A stretch of DNA of 64,000 nt, taken from Lachnospiraceae bacterium. Lineage in GTDB: Bacteria > Bacillota > Clostridia > Lachnospirales > Lachnospiraceae. A program made the translations under genes and the position numbers. The stretch lies in NCBI GenBank assembly GCA_017482485.1, contig JAFUMV010000081.1, forward strand, positions 4,981 through 68,980. Reading direction: 5' to 3'. The notes under the pieces were generated by a model, which was not told the DNA's origin, ran no database searches, and saw only the letters and a list, made by a program, of their open reading frames with translations. Shown one piece after another: positions 18,681 through 28,190 of the stretch. Each line of letters opens with the position of its first letter. Positions within the stretch are counted from its first letter, which is position 1.

Positions 18681-20678
18681 TCAGATCTCTCCAATCAGAT
18701 ACCCCTGCCTGCCATATCTTAAAAAGATCGGCAGCGTATCAAGGGGCGCTTCCACTTCGTAAGCCTTTCCGCCTTCATAAACTTTTCCGGTTCCCGCATG
18801 GGTCCAGGAGGCGCCTGCAGGCAGATAGACCTGACGGCTTCTTGCCTTTTCGTGACAGACCGGAGCGACCAGGATATCGGAACCGTACAGATAGGAATCC
18901 GTGATGTCCCAGCATGCCTTGTCCTGAGGAAATTCATAGAACAGGGCACGCATGACGGGAGTGCCTTTTTCATGGGCCTGTTTCATCAGGCTTCTGGTGT
19001 AGTCGCGCATCAGCTCGCGGATACGGATGAATTTTGCCATAATCTGATAATTTTCCTCACCGAAGCTCCAGATCTCGTTGTCGTTGCCGCTGCCGTTTCT
19101 CTTTTTGCCGGATTTGTCAAAAATTTCAATGGAAGGCTCTCTGTTTCCATGGAGGCGCATAACGGGACAGAAGGCGCCGAACTGAAACCAGCGGACCAAA
19201 AGCTCGCGGAAGCCTTCATCCTCCACGTAACCGCCGCCGAAACCGCCGATGTCCGTGGTCCACCAGGGAATGCCGGAAAGCCCCATGTGAATACCGGCGC
19301 AGATCTGTTTGCGGAAGTCTTCATAGGTGGAGTGAATGTCTCCGGACCAGACAAGAGCACCGTAGCGCTGACTGCCTGCCCAGGCGCAGCGGATCAGGTT
19401 GACGATATCTTCCTGGCCGTTTTCTTTTTGCCCCTCATAGAAAAGGCGGGCGTATTCTCTGGGGTAAATGTTGCCGGCTTCCGCAACGGAGCCTGCATGG
19501 TAACGATAGGTTTCAAAATCATATCCGCCAAATTCCGGTTCCGCCTCATCCAGCCAGAAGGTTTTAACGCCCAGATCGGCATAGTTTTTCTTACATTTTT
19601 CCCAGACATATTTTCTGGTGCGGGGATTGGTGGCATCCATGAATACATTATTGCCTTCAAAAAGCATCTGTACATCGATGCCGGAATTGATTTTTACCAG
19701 AAGTCCCTGCTGTTTCATTTCCTGATAATTTTCGCTTTCCCAGGATACCTGAGGCCAGATGGATACCATGGTTTCAATTCCCATATCCTTAAGCTCCCGG
19801 ATCATGGCTGCAGGGTCAGGGAAAAATTCTTCGTCAAAGCGCCAGTCACCGCACTTGGGCCAGTGGAAGAAATCGATGACAAAAACATCCAGCGGAATGC
19901 CGCGCTTTTTGTATTCCCGGGCAACAGAAAGTACCTGCTCCTGGTTATAATAACGCAGCTTGCACTGCCAGAAACCGAGACCGTATTCGGGCATCATGGG
20001 TGCCGTGCCGGTGGCTTGGGCATAAGCTTCTTCGATTTCGGCGGGTGTGTCTCCTGCTGTGATCCAGTAATCCAGCTGTTTTGTGGATTCGGCCACCCAC
20101 TGCGTGGTGTTGGAACCGAAATGGACTTCGCCGATGGCCGCATTGTTCCATAAAAATCCATAGCCAAGACTGGAAATGTAGAATGGTACGCTGGCCTGAG
20201 AGTTTCGGTGCGCCAGTTCCAGATTACAGCCTTTTAAATCCATGATTTCCTGCTGATACTGTCCCATACCGTAGATTTTTTCGCCGGGCTGAGGAACAAA
20301 GCTTGCCTTTAACCGGAAATTTCCGCCTGCCAGAGGCTTGAAATGGCGGGCTTTTACCTGCAGGGCGCCGCCGTTTGGAATTTCCTGAAGCAGCACCTTG
20401 CCGTCCTGATTTTTGAAGGTGATCTGCAGGGCATTCCCCCAGAGATTGACGGAAAGCTCTGCCCGAAGCCTGCCGTTTTCGATGGAAGCACTCAGGTCAT
20501 CCAGAGTGATTTTTGCTTCTGTTGGAGCCGGGGGCAGCAGTGCAGCATTTTCCTCTCCGATATCATCCAGAATGCGGGAGCGGATGCGCAGGCTGTTTTC
20601 TCCCCAGGGAGTGAGCATGACGGTTTCGCCGTTTTCACGGAAAATCAGACTGCCGTCTTTTTCTTCAAAAAAATTCAT
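18681..20678 (-). CDS. GH31 glycoside hydrolase (alpha-xylosidase-like)
   Basis: GFWQCKLRY, WLDEAEPE (nucleophile region), WSGD, WTTDIGGF and MRLHG motifs. Start set at ATG 20678, behind AGGAGG. Confidence 0.92.
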   Translation of the reverse strand: MNFFEEKDGSLIFRENGETVMLTPWGENSLRIRSRILDDIGEENAALLPPAPTEAKITLDDLSASIENGRLRAELSVNLWGNALQITFKNQDGKVLLQEIPNGGALQVKARHFKPLAGGNFRLKASFVPQPGEKIYGMGQYQQEIMDLKGCNLELAHRNSQASVPFYISSLGYGFLWNNAAIGEVHFGSNTTQWVAESTKQLDYWITAGDTPAEIEEAYAQATGTAPMMPEYGLGFWQCKLRYYNQEQVLSVAREYKKRGIPLDVFVIDFFHWPKCGDWRFDEEFFPDPAAMIRELKDMGIETMVSIWPQVSWESENYQEMKQQGLLVKINSGIDVQMLFEGNNVFMDATNPRTRKYVWEKCKKNYADLGVKTFWLDEAEPEFGGYDFETYRYHAGSVAEAGNIYPREYARLFYEGQKENGQEDIVNLIRCAWAGSQRYGALVWSGDIHSTYEDFRKQICAGIHMGLSGIPWWTTDIGGFGGGYVEDEGFRELLVRWFQFGAFCPVMRLHGNREPSIEIFDKSGKKRNGSGNDNEIWSFGEENYQIMAKFIRIRELMRDYTRSLMKQAHEKGTPVMRALFYEFPQDKACWDITDSYLYGSDILVAPVCHEKARSRQVYLPAGASWTHAGTGKVYEGGKAYEVEAPLDTLPIFLRYGRQGYLIGEI

Positions 20679-20904
20679 GAGCAGTACCTCCTGTGTATTG
20701 TTGTGTGCGGCCATGAAAAAGGTGTATTGTCACTGAAACGCCGCAGCAGTTGATACTTGTAGAATATCGCAAAAAGGAATGGATTTCTTTCATAATTTTG
20801 CAGAAAAGTAATACGATCTTGATTATTGCGGTGCAAGGCTTTATAGTGTTAACTGGAAGGAAAAGGGATGCTCTCACAGTGACGCAGCGGGTGGAGAAAG
20901 ACGG

Positions 20905-21804
20905 ATGGAATCAAAGAATAAAGCATGTTTTCGGGAAGAAATTGCCCATATGACCAAAACGGAACCATACTCGATCTATCACATAACATTTTCCGGGGAT
21001 AATGAGACAGCGCTGTATCTGCACTGGCACCCGGAAGTGGAATTGTACTATCTGCGGGAGGGGGAACTGGATTTTTACATTGAGGATGTTTGCTGGCATC
21101 TGACAGCGGGAGATGCTGTATTTGTTCCGCCTAATCTGCTTCATACGGCGAAAGCGGCCGGGGGAAGCGCAGGTTCCTTCTGGGCACTTGTATTTTCGGC
21201 AGAGCTGGTGGTGTCTCCAACAGATACCGCCCGGTTTCAGAAATATGTGCAGCCCATTTTGCATGACAACAGCCGTTTTGGTCTGTATTTAAGCCCGCAG
21301 ATTGAGTGGCAGAAAGCGGTGTTACAGGATCTGAAACGTATTTTTATACAGACCCAAAGCGGCAGTTGTGGGCGGGAAATGGACACAGATCTTTTGGTGG
21401 AAGGGCTGATCCGGGTGATATGGCAGTCATTGTATCGGTTTCATCTGGCAAAATTGTCAGAACACAGTCCCAGGGGAAAAATGGAGGAACAGATGCAAAC
21501 GATTCTCCGGTATATCCATCATCACTTTCAGGAGGATATCTCACTCCAGATGCTTTCGAAAATCGTGCATGTGAGCGAAGGACAGCTGTGTCGGTCTTTT
21601 AAACAGCTGACGGGCAGTACCCCCTTTACTTATTTAAAAAGATACCGTATCATGAAAAGTTGTGAGTGGCTGAAAAATTCGGAGAAAAAAATCAGCGAAA
21701 TCTGCACTCTTTGCGGATTTAACAATGTCAGCTATTTTAACCGGGAGTTTTTGCGGGTGATGAAGGTAACTCCTTCGGTATACAGAAAAGAGTCAAAGAA
21801 GTAG
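20905..21804 (+). CDS. AraC family regulator with cupin domain
   Basis: HWHPEVEL cupin motif; C-terminal CGFNNVSYFNREF. Divergent from the GH31 gene. Confidence 0.92.
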   Translation: MESKNKACFREEIAHMTKTEPYSIYHITFSGDNETALYLHWHPEVELYYLREGELDFYIEDVCWHLTAGDAVFVPPNLLHTAKAAGGSAGSFWALVFSAELVVSPTDTARFQKYVQPILHDNSRFGLYLSPQIEWQKAVLQDLKRIFIQTQSGSCGREMDTDLLVEGLIRVIWQSLYRFHLAKLSEHSPRGKMEEQMQTILRYIHHHFQEDISLQMLSKIVHVSEGQLCRSFKQLTGSTPFTYLKRYRIMKSCEWLKNSEKKISEICTLCGFNNVSYFNREFLRVMKVTPSVYRKESKK

Positions 21805-21835
21805 AAGCTTCGCAAAAAAGAAAGGAAGCAGAGAA

Positions 21836-24733
21836 TTGAAAGCGACAAAAAAGCTTGTTGTGGGCATTTTGGCCCACGTGGATGCCGGCAAAACAACGCT
21901 GGCAGAGAGCCTTTTATATAAAACGGGAAGCATCCGGAAAATGGGAAGAGTGGATCATCAGGATGCTTTTCTGGATACCGATGCAATGGAAAAAGCACGG
22001 GGCATCACCATTTTTTCCAAGCAGGCCCGCTTTGACCTGGGAGAGTATGAGATTACGCTTTTGGATACGCCGGGACATGTGGATTTTTCGGCGGAAATGG
22101 AAAGAACCCTGCAGGTGCTGGACTATGCGGTTCTGGTGATCAGCGGCGCCGACGGCGTGCAGGGACATGTGGAGACATTGTGGCGTCTTCTTGCCCGCTA
22201 TCGGATTCCGGTTTTTCTTTTTGTGAACAAAATGGACCAGCCCGGTACTGATGCGGATCGGCTGATGCAGGAACTGCAGGATAAGCTGGATAAAAAATGT
22301 GTGGCCTTTTCAACGGTGACAGAAGATGGGGCGGAAAAACAAAATGCAGCAGGCAGTACAGCGAAAAATCAGAGCGTCAAAGCAGATAAAGAGGGCTGGC
22401 AAACCTGTCAGATTTTGCCGCCGGCCGATTTTATGGAAAATGTTGCGGTTTGCGATGATCAGCTGCTGGAGCGCTATCTGGAGGGCGAAGAACCACAGGA
22501 TGAGGACATCGCAGTCCTGATTGTCCAGCGTAAGATTTTTCCATGCTTTTTTGGCTCGGCGCTGAAGGTGTTCGGCGTGGAAGAGCTTTTGAAGGGGTTG
22601 TATACCTGGCTGTGTCCGAAACAGTATCCGGAACAGTTTGGGGCAAGAGTGTTCAAAATATCCAGAGACGAGCAGGGAAAGCGCCTGACTCATATGAAAA
22701 TTACAGGCGGAAGTCTGAAAGCGAAGATGCTGCTTACGAACCGGCAGGAAGGGATGGAGAGCGAGCAGATCTGGGAGGAAAAGGCGGATCAGCTGCGGCT
22801 TTATTCGGGCGCCTCTTTTGTGCCGGCAGCGGAAGCTTCTGCGGGCATGATCTGTGCGGTGACCGGTCTGACGCAGACTTTTGCCGGTCAGGGATTTGGA
22901 ATTGATCGGGAAGTAGTGCTTCCCGTGCTGGAGCCGGTCCTGACCTATCGGATAGAGCTTCCTGAGGATGATGTGAAAAGTGATCCCCACAGCATGTATA
23001 TGAAGTTAAAACAGCTGGAGGAAGAAGAGCCGGAGCTTTCCGTGATCTGGCAGGAGGAGTCCAGGGAAATCCATGCGCAGGTCATGGGCGATGTACAGAT
23101 GGAAATTCTGAAAAACCAGATCAAAGACCGGTTTGGTGTGACCGCAGAATTCGGAGAAGGCAGCATTGTATACAAGGAGACCATTGCCGACAAGGTGGAA
23201 GGCGTGGGACATTTTGAACCGCTGCGCCATTATGCGGAGGTGCATTTGATTCTGGAACCGCTTGAGCGGGGAGCAGGCCTGCAGTTTGCTGCAGATGTAA
23301 GCGAAGATGTGCTGGACCGCAACTGGCAGAGACTGGTGCTGACCCATCTGGAAGAGAAAAAGCACAAAGGTGTGCTGGTTGGCGGTGAAATCACCGATAT
23401 GAAAATCACCCTGGCGGATGGCCGTGCCCATTTGAAACATACGGAGGGCGGCGATTTTCGGCAGGCCACTTACCGCGCGGTTCGACACGGGCTGATGAAT
23501 GCAGAAAGCGTGCTGCTGGAGCCGGTGTATGCGTTTACGCTGGAAGTGCCTTCGGAGAACATCGGCAGAGCCATGACAGACATACAGAAAATGCAGGGGA
23601 GCTTTGGACAGCCTTCGCTGGAAGGAGAATTTTCCGTGCTGAAGGGCAAAGCACCGGTGGCTGCCATGAGCGGTTATCAGCGGGAAGTTACCGCCTATAC
23701 GAAGGGACGCGGGAAATTAAACTGTGTGCCGGGCGGTTACGAGGTGTGCCACAACGCAGAGGAGGTGATTGAAAAATCCTCCTATGATCCTGAAGCGGAT
23801 CTGAAAAATCCGACAGGTTCCGTATTCTGTGCCCATGGCGCAGGCTTTGTGGTGCCCTGGTATGAGGTGGAAGAGTACATGCATCTGGAAAGCTGCCTGG
23901 CACCGAAGCTGACAGAGGAAGAAAAGCTGGCGCTGGCGGCCAGGCAGGCCGAAGAAGCGGCACAGAGCAAAGGGCGCCGGGAAGTTTCATTGCCGGAAGG
24001 CGTCAGCAACGAAGAGCTGGAAGAGATTTTTGCCCGGACCTATCATGCCAATAAGAAAGAGCGCTACAGTTATAAAAAGAAAAAAGAGCCGCCAACGAAT
24101 GTGACCAGACGCTGGTCAGGCCTGCAGAATGCTGCGGAAACCCAGCGGATGCCGGGGCAGAAGTCGGTTTCCTATTACAGCAACAAAAAGAATGTGCAGG
24201 ATACGACGGAATATCTGCTGGTGGACGGCTATAACATCATTTTTGCGTGGGAAGATCTGCGGGAACTGGCAGCGGTCAACATTGAAAGTGCCCGGAATAA
24301 GCTGATGGACATTCTGTCCAACTATCAGGGCTTTCATAAATGTGTGCTGATTCTGGTCTTTGATGCTTACCGCGTAGAAGGCGGTGTGGGCAGCGTTATG
24401 AAGTATCACAACATTGATGTGGTTTTTACAAAGGAAGCGGAAACTGCGGATCAGTATATTGAAAAAACGGCACATAAGCTGGGCCGGGAAAATCCGGTGA
24501 CGGTAGCAACCTCTGATGCGCTGGAGCAGGTGATCATTTACGGACAGGGTGCCCGCAGACTCTCCGCCAGAGAGCTTCTGGAAGAGGTTGAATTCACGAA
24601 ACAGCAGATTCGGGAAGTATGGCGCAAAAAGCACAGCGATGCCAAAAACTACCTGTTTGACCATCTGCCGGAGGACATGGTGGATATGGTGGAAGATGTG
24701 AGGCTGGGGCTGAGAGAGTTCGGTGAAGAGTAG
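21836..24733 (+). CDS. TetM/EF-G-like translational GTPase fused to a C-terminal NYN (YacP/Rae1-like) nuclease domain
   Basis: G motifs HVDAGKTT, RGITI, DTPGHVDF and NKMD; EF-G-like domains III-V; C-terminal LLVDGYNII...LVFDAY...ETADQYIE...VATSD. Confidence 0.9.
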   Translation: MKATKKLVVGILAHVDAGKTTLAESLLYKTGSIRKMGRVDHQDAFLDTDAMEKARGITIFSKQARFDLGEYEITLLDTPGHVDFSAEMERTLQVLDYAVLVISGADGVQGHVETLWRLLARYRIPVFLFVNKMDQPGTDADRLMQELQDKLDKKCVAFSTVTEDGAEKQNAAGSTAKNQSVKADKEGWQTCQILPPADFMENVAVCDDQLLERYLEGEEPQDEDIAVLIVQRKIFPCFFGSALKVFGVEELLKGLYTWLCPKQYPEQFGARVFKISRDEQGKRLTHMKITGGSLKAKMLLTNRQEGMESEQIWEEKADQLRLYSGASFVPAAEASAGMICAVTGLTQTFAGQGFGIDREVVLPVLEPVLTYRIELPEDDVKSDPHSMYMKLKQLEEEEPELSVIWQEESREIHAQVMGDVQMEILKNQIKDRFGVTAEFGEGSIVYKETIADKVEGVGHFEPLRHYAEVHLILEPLERGAGLQFAADVSEDVLDRNWQRLVLTHLEEKKHKGVLVGGEITDMKITLADGRAHLKHTEGGDFRQATYRAVRHGLMNAESVLLEPVYAFTLEVPSENIGRAMTDIQKMQGSFGQPSLEGEFSVLKGKAPVAAMSGYQREVTAYTKGRGKLNCVPGGYEVCHNAEEVIEKSSYDPEADLKNPTGSVFCAHGAGFVVPWYEVEEYMHLESCLAPKLTEEEKLALAARQAEEAAQSKGRREVSLPEGVSNEELEEIFARTYHANKKERYSYKKKKEPPTNVTRRWSGLQNAAETQRMPGQKSVSYYSNKKNVQDTTEYLLVDGYNIIFAWEDLRELAAVNIESARNKLMDILSNYQGFHKCVLILVFDAYRVEGGVGSVMKYHNIDVVFTKEAETADQYIEKTAHKLGRENPVTVATSDALEQVIIYGQGARRLSARELLEEVEFTKQQIREVWRKKHSDAKNYLFDHLPEDMVDMVEDVRLGLREFGEE

Positions 24734-24745
24734 GGAAATTGTGCA

Positions 24746-24774
24746 GTGTTGCCGGGGACGGAGTGAACCGTAAA
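24746..24774 (+). repeat. Dispersed ~29-bp palindromic intergenic repeat, family A (degenerate copy)
   Basis: GTGTTGCCGGGGACGGAGTGAACCGTAAA, similar to the copies at 31694 and 47858. Confidence 0.55.
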
Positions 24775-24801
24775 AGCTTTGTAAAGGACGAGCCATAGAG
24801 G

Positions 24802-24831
24802 TTGACGTGGGGCCGCAGAATGCTCTATAAT
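24802..24831 (+). promoter_or_regulatory. SigA promoter
   Basis: TTGACG-18bp-TATAAT. Confidence 0.6.
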
Positions 24832-24852
24832 AACAAAAGGAATGACAATGAG

Positions 24853-24887
24853 GCTGGGGATTACGATTTGTAGTTCCCGGCTTTTTT
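24853..24887 (+). terminator. Intrinsic terminator, possibly an attenuator
   Basis: 12-bp stem GCTGGGGATTAC/GTAGTTCCCGGC (with G-U pairs), 5-nt loop, then TTTTTT. Confidence 0.7.
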
Positions 24888-24923
24888 ACTCTACAGGAAT
24901 TTTCTTCGAAAATTCCTTAGAGC

Positions 24924-25084
24924 AAAAATGCGCTTCGCGCAACGATGCGTACTCGCAGCGCCCAGGCAATCTACGATTGCCGGAAATCATCGCTTCGCGA
25001 CCGCGCTCGATGCGGAGTGTGCGCTAATGCGCACACCTTTTTATGCGGCAGGAAGGTCCGACGGATGTTTGTTGCATAAAAAGC
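24924..25084. repeat. Cluster of short GC-rich palindromes (REP-like, family B)
   Basis: TGCGC-TTC-GCGCA, GGCAATC-TAC-GATTGCC, GTGTGCGC-TAAT-GCGCACAC and TTTTATGCGGCA/TGTTGCATAAAA. A 23-bp core is shared with 54694-54716. Confidence 0.5.
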
Positions 25085-25124
25085 TGCCTGGCGGGAGCAT
25101 TTTGCGCTGTTGGAGTAATTTGAA

Positions 25125-26036
25125 ATGTTTATGGAAAAAGATGAATTTTTAAAAAAGTACGCCCTGACCCAGGAACAGTTTGAAGAAGCCGGATTGCCCT
25201 GGGAAGAGCTTGCGGCCATTGCCGAGGACTATTCAAATCGCCTGGAAGAATTTTACAGGATCCGGGATTTATTTCTCCGGGAATTTATTGAGAATAAGGA
25301 AGAACAGGCCGGTTTGCATTCTTATCGAACCCGCGTCAAGACGCCGGAACATCTGGTGGAGAAGATCATCCGCAGAAGAATCGAAAATTATCGTAAGTAC
25401 AAGGATTTAAACAGACATAACTACCTGAAGTTTGTGACGGATCTCATCGGCTTTCGGGGACTATTACTGTACCGGGAGGACTGGGTGATTTTTCACAAAT
25501 ATCTGCTTTCTCATTTTGAAAACAAGCCTGCCTGGTATGTCTATGACTGCCTGAAGGATTATGAACAGGACAGAGATATGTATATGGTGGAGCCGCCTAA
25601 GGTTCACATGCGGCAGGGAGATTTCAGCGATATTTATGCGGACTGGATTTCCAGCGACAATATTTATGATCAGAAATATTATCGTTCTGTGCACTACATT
25701 CTCAAATACCGCGGCGTCTATCTGGAAATTCAGGTAAGGACGCTGTTTGAGGAAGGCTGGGGAGAAATTGACCATCATATTTTATATCCTTACAAAAAGA
25801 AAGATCCCATGCTGACGGAATTTTCCGAACTTCTAAATCGACTGGCGGGCATGGGAGATGAAATGGCTTCTTTTTACCGGAGACTTCAGAATGTGCCGGG
25901 AGATGCTTTCAGGGACAAAAAGAGCATGGTGGACACAAGGACAGAATTTGAGGCTCATAAGCAGCAGACGAAAAAATTTGAGCTGGACGAGATCGTTACT
26001 GTGGAAGATGCCATTTTTTCCGTGATTTCCAAATAG
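25125..26036 (+). CDS. RelA/SpoT synthetase-domain protein (small alarmone synthetase-like)
   Basis: RVKT...EK, TDLIGFR, YRSVHY and EIQVRT...WGEIDH motifs. No hydrolase, TGS or ACT domain. Confidence 0.88.
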   Translation: MFMEKDEFLKKYALTQEQFEEAGLPWEELAAIAEDYSNRLEEFYRIRDLFLREFIENKEEQAGLHSYRTRVKTPEHLVEKIIRRRIENYRKYKDLNRHNYLKFVTDLIGFRGLLLYREDWVIFHKYLLSHFENKPAWYVYDCLKDYEQDRDMYMVEPPKVHMRQGDFSDIYADWISSDNIYDQKYYRSVHYILKYRGVYLEIQVRTLFEEGWGEIDHHILYPYKKKDPMLTEFSELLNRLAGMGDEMASFYRRLQNVPGDAFRDKKSMVDTRTEFEAHKQQTKKFELDEIVTVEDAIFSVISK

Positions 26037-26048
26037 GAGGACAGGTGA

Positions 26049-26279
26049 ATGAATCAGAATTTTCCAGGGATACCAAGAAGCGCCATTGAAAGCGCCGACC
26101 GGATGACAGCGCTGGTGAAAAACGGAGCTATCCGTCAGCATCTGCTGGGAGATACCTCTCAGACCCGCTACGGGACGGTGGAAGATAAAGGGATGAACGA
26201 TTACTGCAACTTTTTGCAGACAAAGCTGTGCTACGAGATTTTGCAGCTGGAAGGAAATTTGTGCGATGAAAAATATTGA
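26049..26279 (+). CDS. Hypothetical protein (76 aa)
   Basis: Strong RBS AGGAGG, 12 nt after the upstream stop; overlaps the next gene by 14 nt. Confidence 0.6.
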   Translation: MNQNFPGIPRSAIESADRMTALVKNGAIRQHLLGDTSQTRYGTVEDKGMNDYCNFLQTKLCYEILQLEGNLCDEKY

Positions 26280-26808
26280 AAGCGTATATTTGAATTATGA
26301 AGGACTGTTGGATGAATTCGGAGAGGAAATTATCCACAGCCGATTTGCTTTTTTATATAAAGAGTGCATGGAATTTTTAAAAAGTGTGCATCTGCAGGAC
26401 AGTGTGCGGGTGGATGAGGTGATTCTGATGCATATGGTGCTGGACTATTTTACAGATGTATCCCGGCTCAAAAGATTTCATCATATTCATCACATCAATG
26501 AAATCAAGGTGATTTCCTACGAGAGCTTCTGGCTGCTGCGCAGAAAGCCTCTGCAGGTGGTAAAGCAGGGACAGCAGGACGATGTACTTGCTTTTGTGAA
26601 TGAGAAGTTTGTATTCTCCAGAATTGCAGCATTTCTGGTAAAGAACAAAAAGAATCTGGTCTTAAAGGACGGAGACAAAAAATCATTTTTGAATTATCTG
26701 GACACGCTGTACTACTTTTTAAAATACAGGCAATATGATCCACAGGTGCTGGAATTAATGATTCTGGGCTTCAAGGCCGGAGAACTTTGGGGCAGGCAGG
26801 AAGAATAG
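26266..26808 (+). CDS. Hypothetical protein (180 aa), helical, unassigned family
   Basis: Clean ORF coupled to both neighbours, with conserved-looking blocks DYFTDVSRLKRFH and FWLLRRKPLQ. Confidence 0.8.
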   Translation: MKNIESVYLNYEGLLDEFGEEIIHSRFAFLYKECMEFLKSVHLQDSVRVDEVILMHMVLDYFTDVSRLKRFHHIHHINEIKVISYESFWLLRRKPLQVVKQGQQDDVLAFVNEKFVFSRIAAFLVKNKKNLVLKDGDKKSFLNYLDTLYYFLKYRQYDPQVLELMILGFKAGELWGRQEE

Positions 26809-26820
26809 TTTAAGGAGGGG

Positions 26821-28149
26821 ATGATTTTGAAACTGAATTACAGAAGAACGCTGTTAATTGGTCTTGCTTTTTTATCGATCTGCGCATTCTGGCAGATGTA
26901 TGACAGCATTGTACCGCTGATTCTGCAGCAGACCTTTCATATGAATGAAACCGTGACCGGCGCGATTATGGCAGTGGACAATGTGTTGGCAGTATTTTTG
27001 CTGCCTGTTCTTGGTTCTTTATCCGATAGGGTGGATACGAAATTTGGAAAAAGAACACCTTTTATTGTGGTTGGGACAATTCTGGCGGTGATTTTTATGT
27101 CTGTTCTGCCGCTTGCGGACAAAAAGGAGAATCTGGTGCTGTTTGTTGCTGCACTGTTCTTTTTGCTGATTTCCATGGGATTGTACCGCTCACCGGCGGT
27201 GGCGCTGATGCCCGATCTGACGCCCAAACCGCTGCGCAGCCAGGCAAATGCCATGATCAATCTGATGGGGACAGTTGGAAGTGTGTATACGCTGATTTTG
27301 ATCAGCCTTCTGGTTTCCGATGATGCCAGACCGGATTATACGCCGGTATTTGTGGGCGTCGCGCTGATTATGGTGGCGGCGGTTGCATTGCTGGTGATCA
27401 CAATCCGTGAAAAGAAACTGGCCGCTGAGATTTCCGAAATGGAGATGGAAGAAGCAAAGAGGGCTGCAAAAGCGGGCGGCGCTGATGAAAAAGCGGCACA
27501 AAAAGCGGCCCTGGATGCGGCGAAAACAAAAGAACTTGCGCCGGAAGTAAAACGCAGTCTGATCTTCATTCTTTTGACAATTTTTTTATGGTTTATGGGT
27601 TATAATGCAGTTACCACCGCATTTTCCCGTTATGCCCGCACTGTCTGGGGCGTGACCGGCGGTGGTTTTGCCAACTGTCTTATGGTGGCGACCGTGTCTG
27701 CCATCATCGGCTATGTGCCCATTGGTCAGATTTCGGCAAAAATCGGACGCAGAAAATGTATTCTGGGCGGACTTGCCCTGGTGCTGGTAAGTTTTACTGC
27801 GGCCGCTTTCTTTACCCAATATCATCCGATCATTAATGCTGGATTTGTGCTGATTGGCCTGGGCAGTGCTGCGGTGACGGTAAATACGCTGCCCATGGTT
27901 GTGGAAATGTGCAGAAGTGGGGATGTGGGCAAGTATACCGGATTGTATTATACGTTTTCCATGTCTGCGCAGATCGCAACACCCATTTTATCGGGCGCAG
28001 TCATGCAGTATATCTCCTACAGAGCGCTGTTTCCCTACTGCGCACTGTTTGTTGTACTTGCAATGTTGACGGTTGGCCTGGTGAAGCATGGGGACAACAA
28101 ACCGGAAGCAAAGAAGACACTGCTGGAAAATTTTGATGTGGAAGATTGA
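26821..28149 (+). CDS. MFS transporter (SLC45/maltose-sucrose transporter-like)
   Basis: GSLSDRVDTKFGKRTPF, ALMPDLTP and GKYTGLYY motifs; about 12 TM segments. Confidence 0.88.
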   Translation: MILKLNYRRTLLIGLAFLSICAFWQMYDSIVPLILQQTFHMNETVTGAIMAVDNVLAVFLLPVLGSLSDRVDTKFGKRTPFIVVGTILAVIFMSVLPLADKKENLVLFVAALFFLLISMGLYRSPAVALMPDLTPKPLRSQANAMINLMGTVGSVYTLILISLLVSDDARPDYTPVFVGVALIMVAAVALLVITIREKKLAAEISEMEMEEAKRAAKAGGADEKAAQKAALDAAKTKELAPEVKRSLIFILLTIFLWFMGYNAVTTAFSRYARTVWGVTGGGFANCLMVATVSAIIGYVPIGQISAKIGRRKCILGGLALVLVSFTAAAFFTQYHPIINAGFVLIGLGSAAVTVNTLPMVVEMCRSGDVGKYTGLYYTFSMSAQIATPILSGAVMQYISYRALFPYCALFVVLAMLTVGLVKHGDNKPEAKKTLLENFDVED

Positions 28150-28190
28150 GATTTGACGGCTGGCATCAGTCAGATATAAAGGAGTAGGAA

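Noticed and set aside
21836-24733. Call as a tetracycline resistance gene (tetM/tetO/tetW)
   Set aside because: It is far longer than classical ribosomal protection proteins, carries an NYN fusion, and has no mobile-element context. Resistance cannot be inferred from the shared GTPase motifs.
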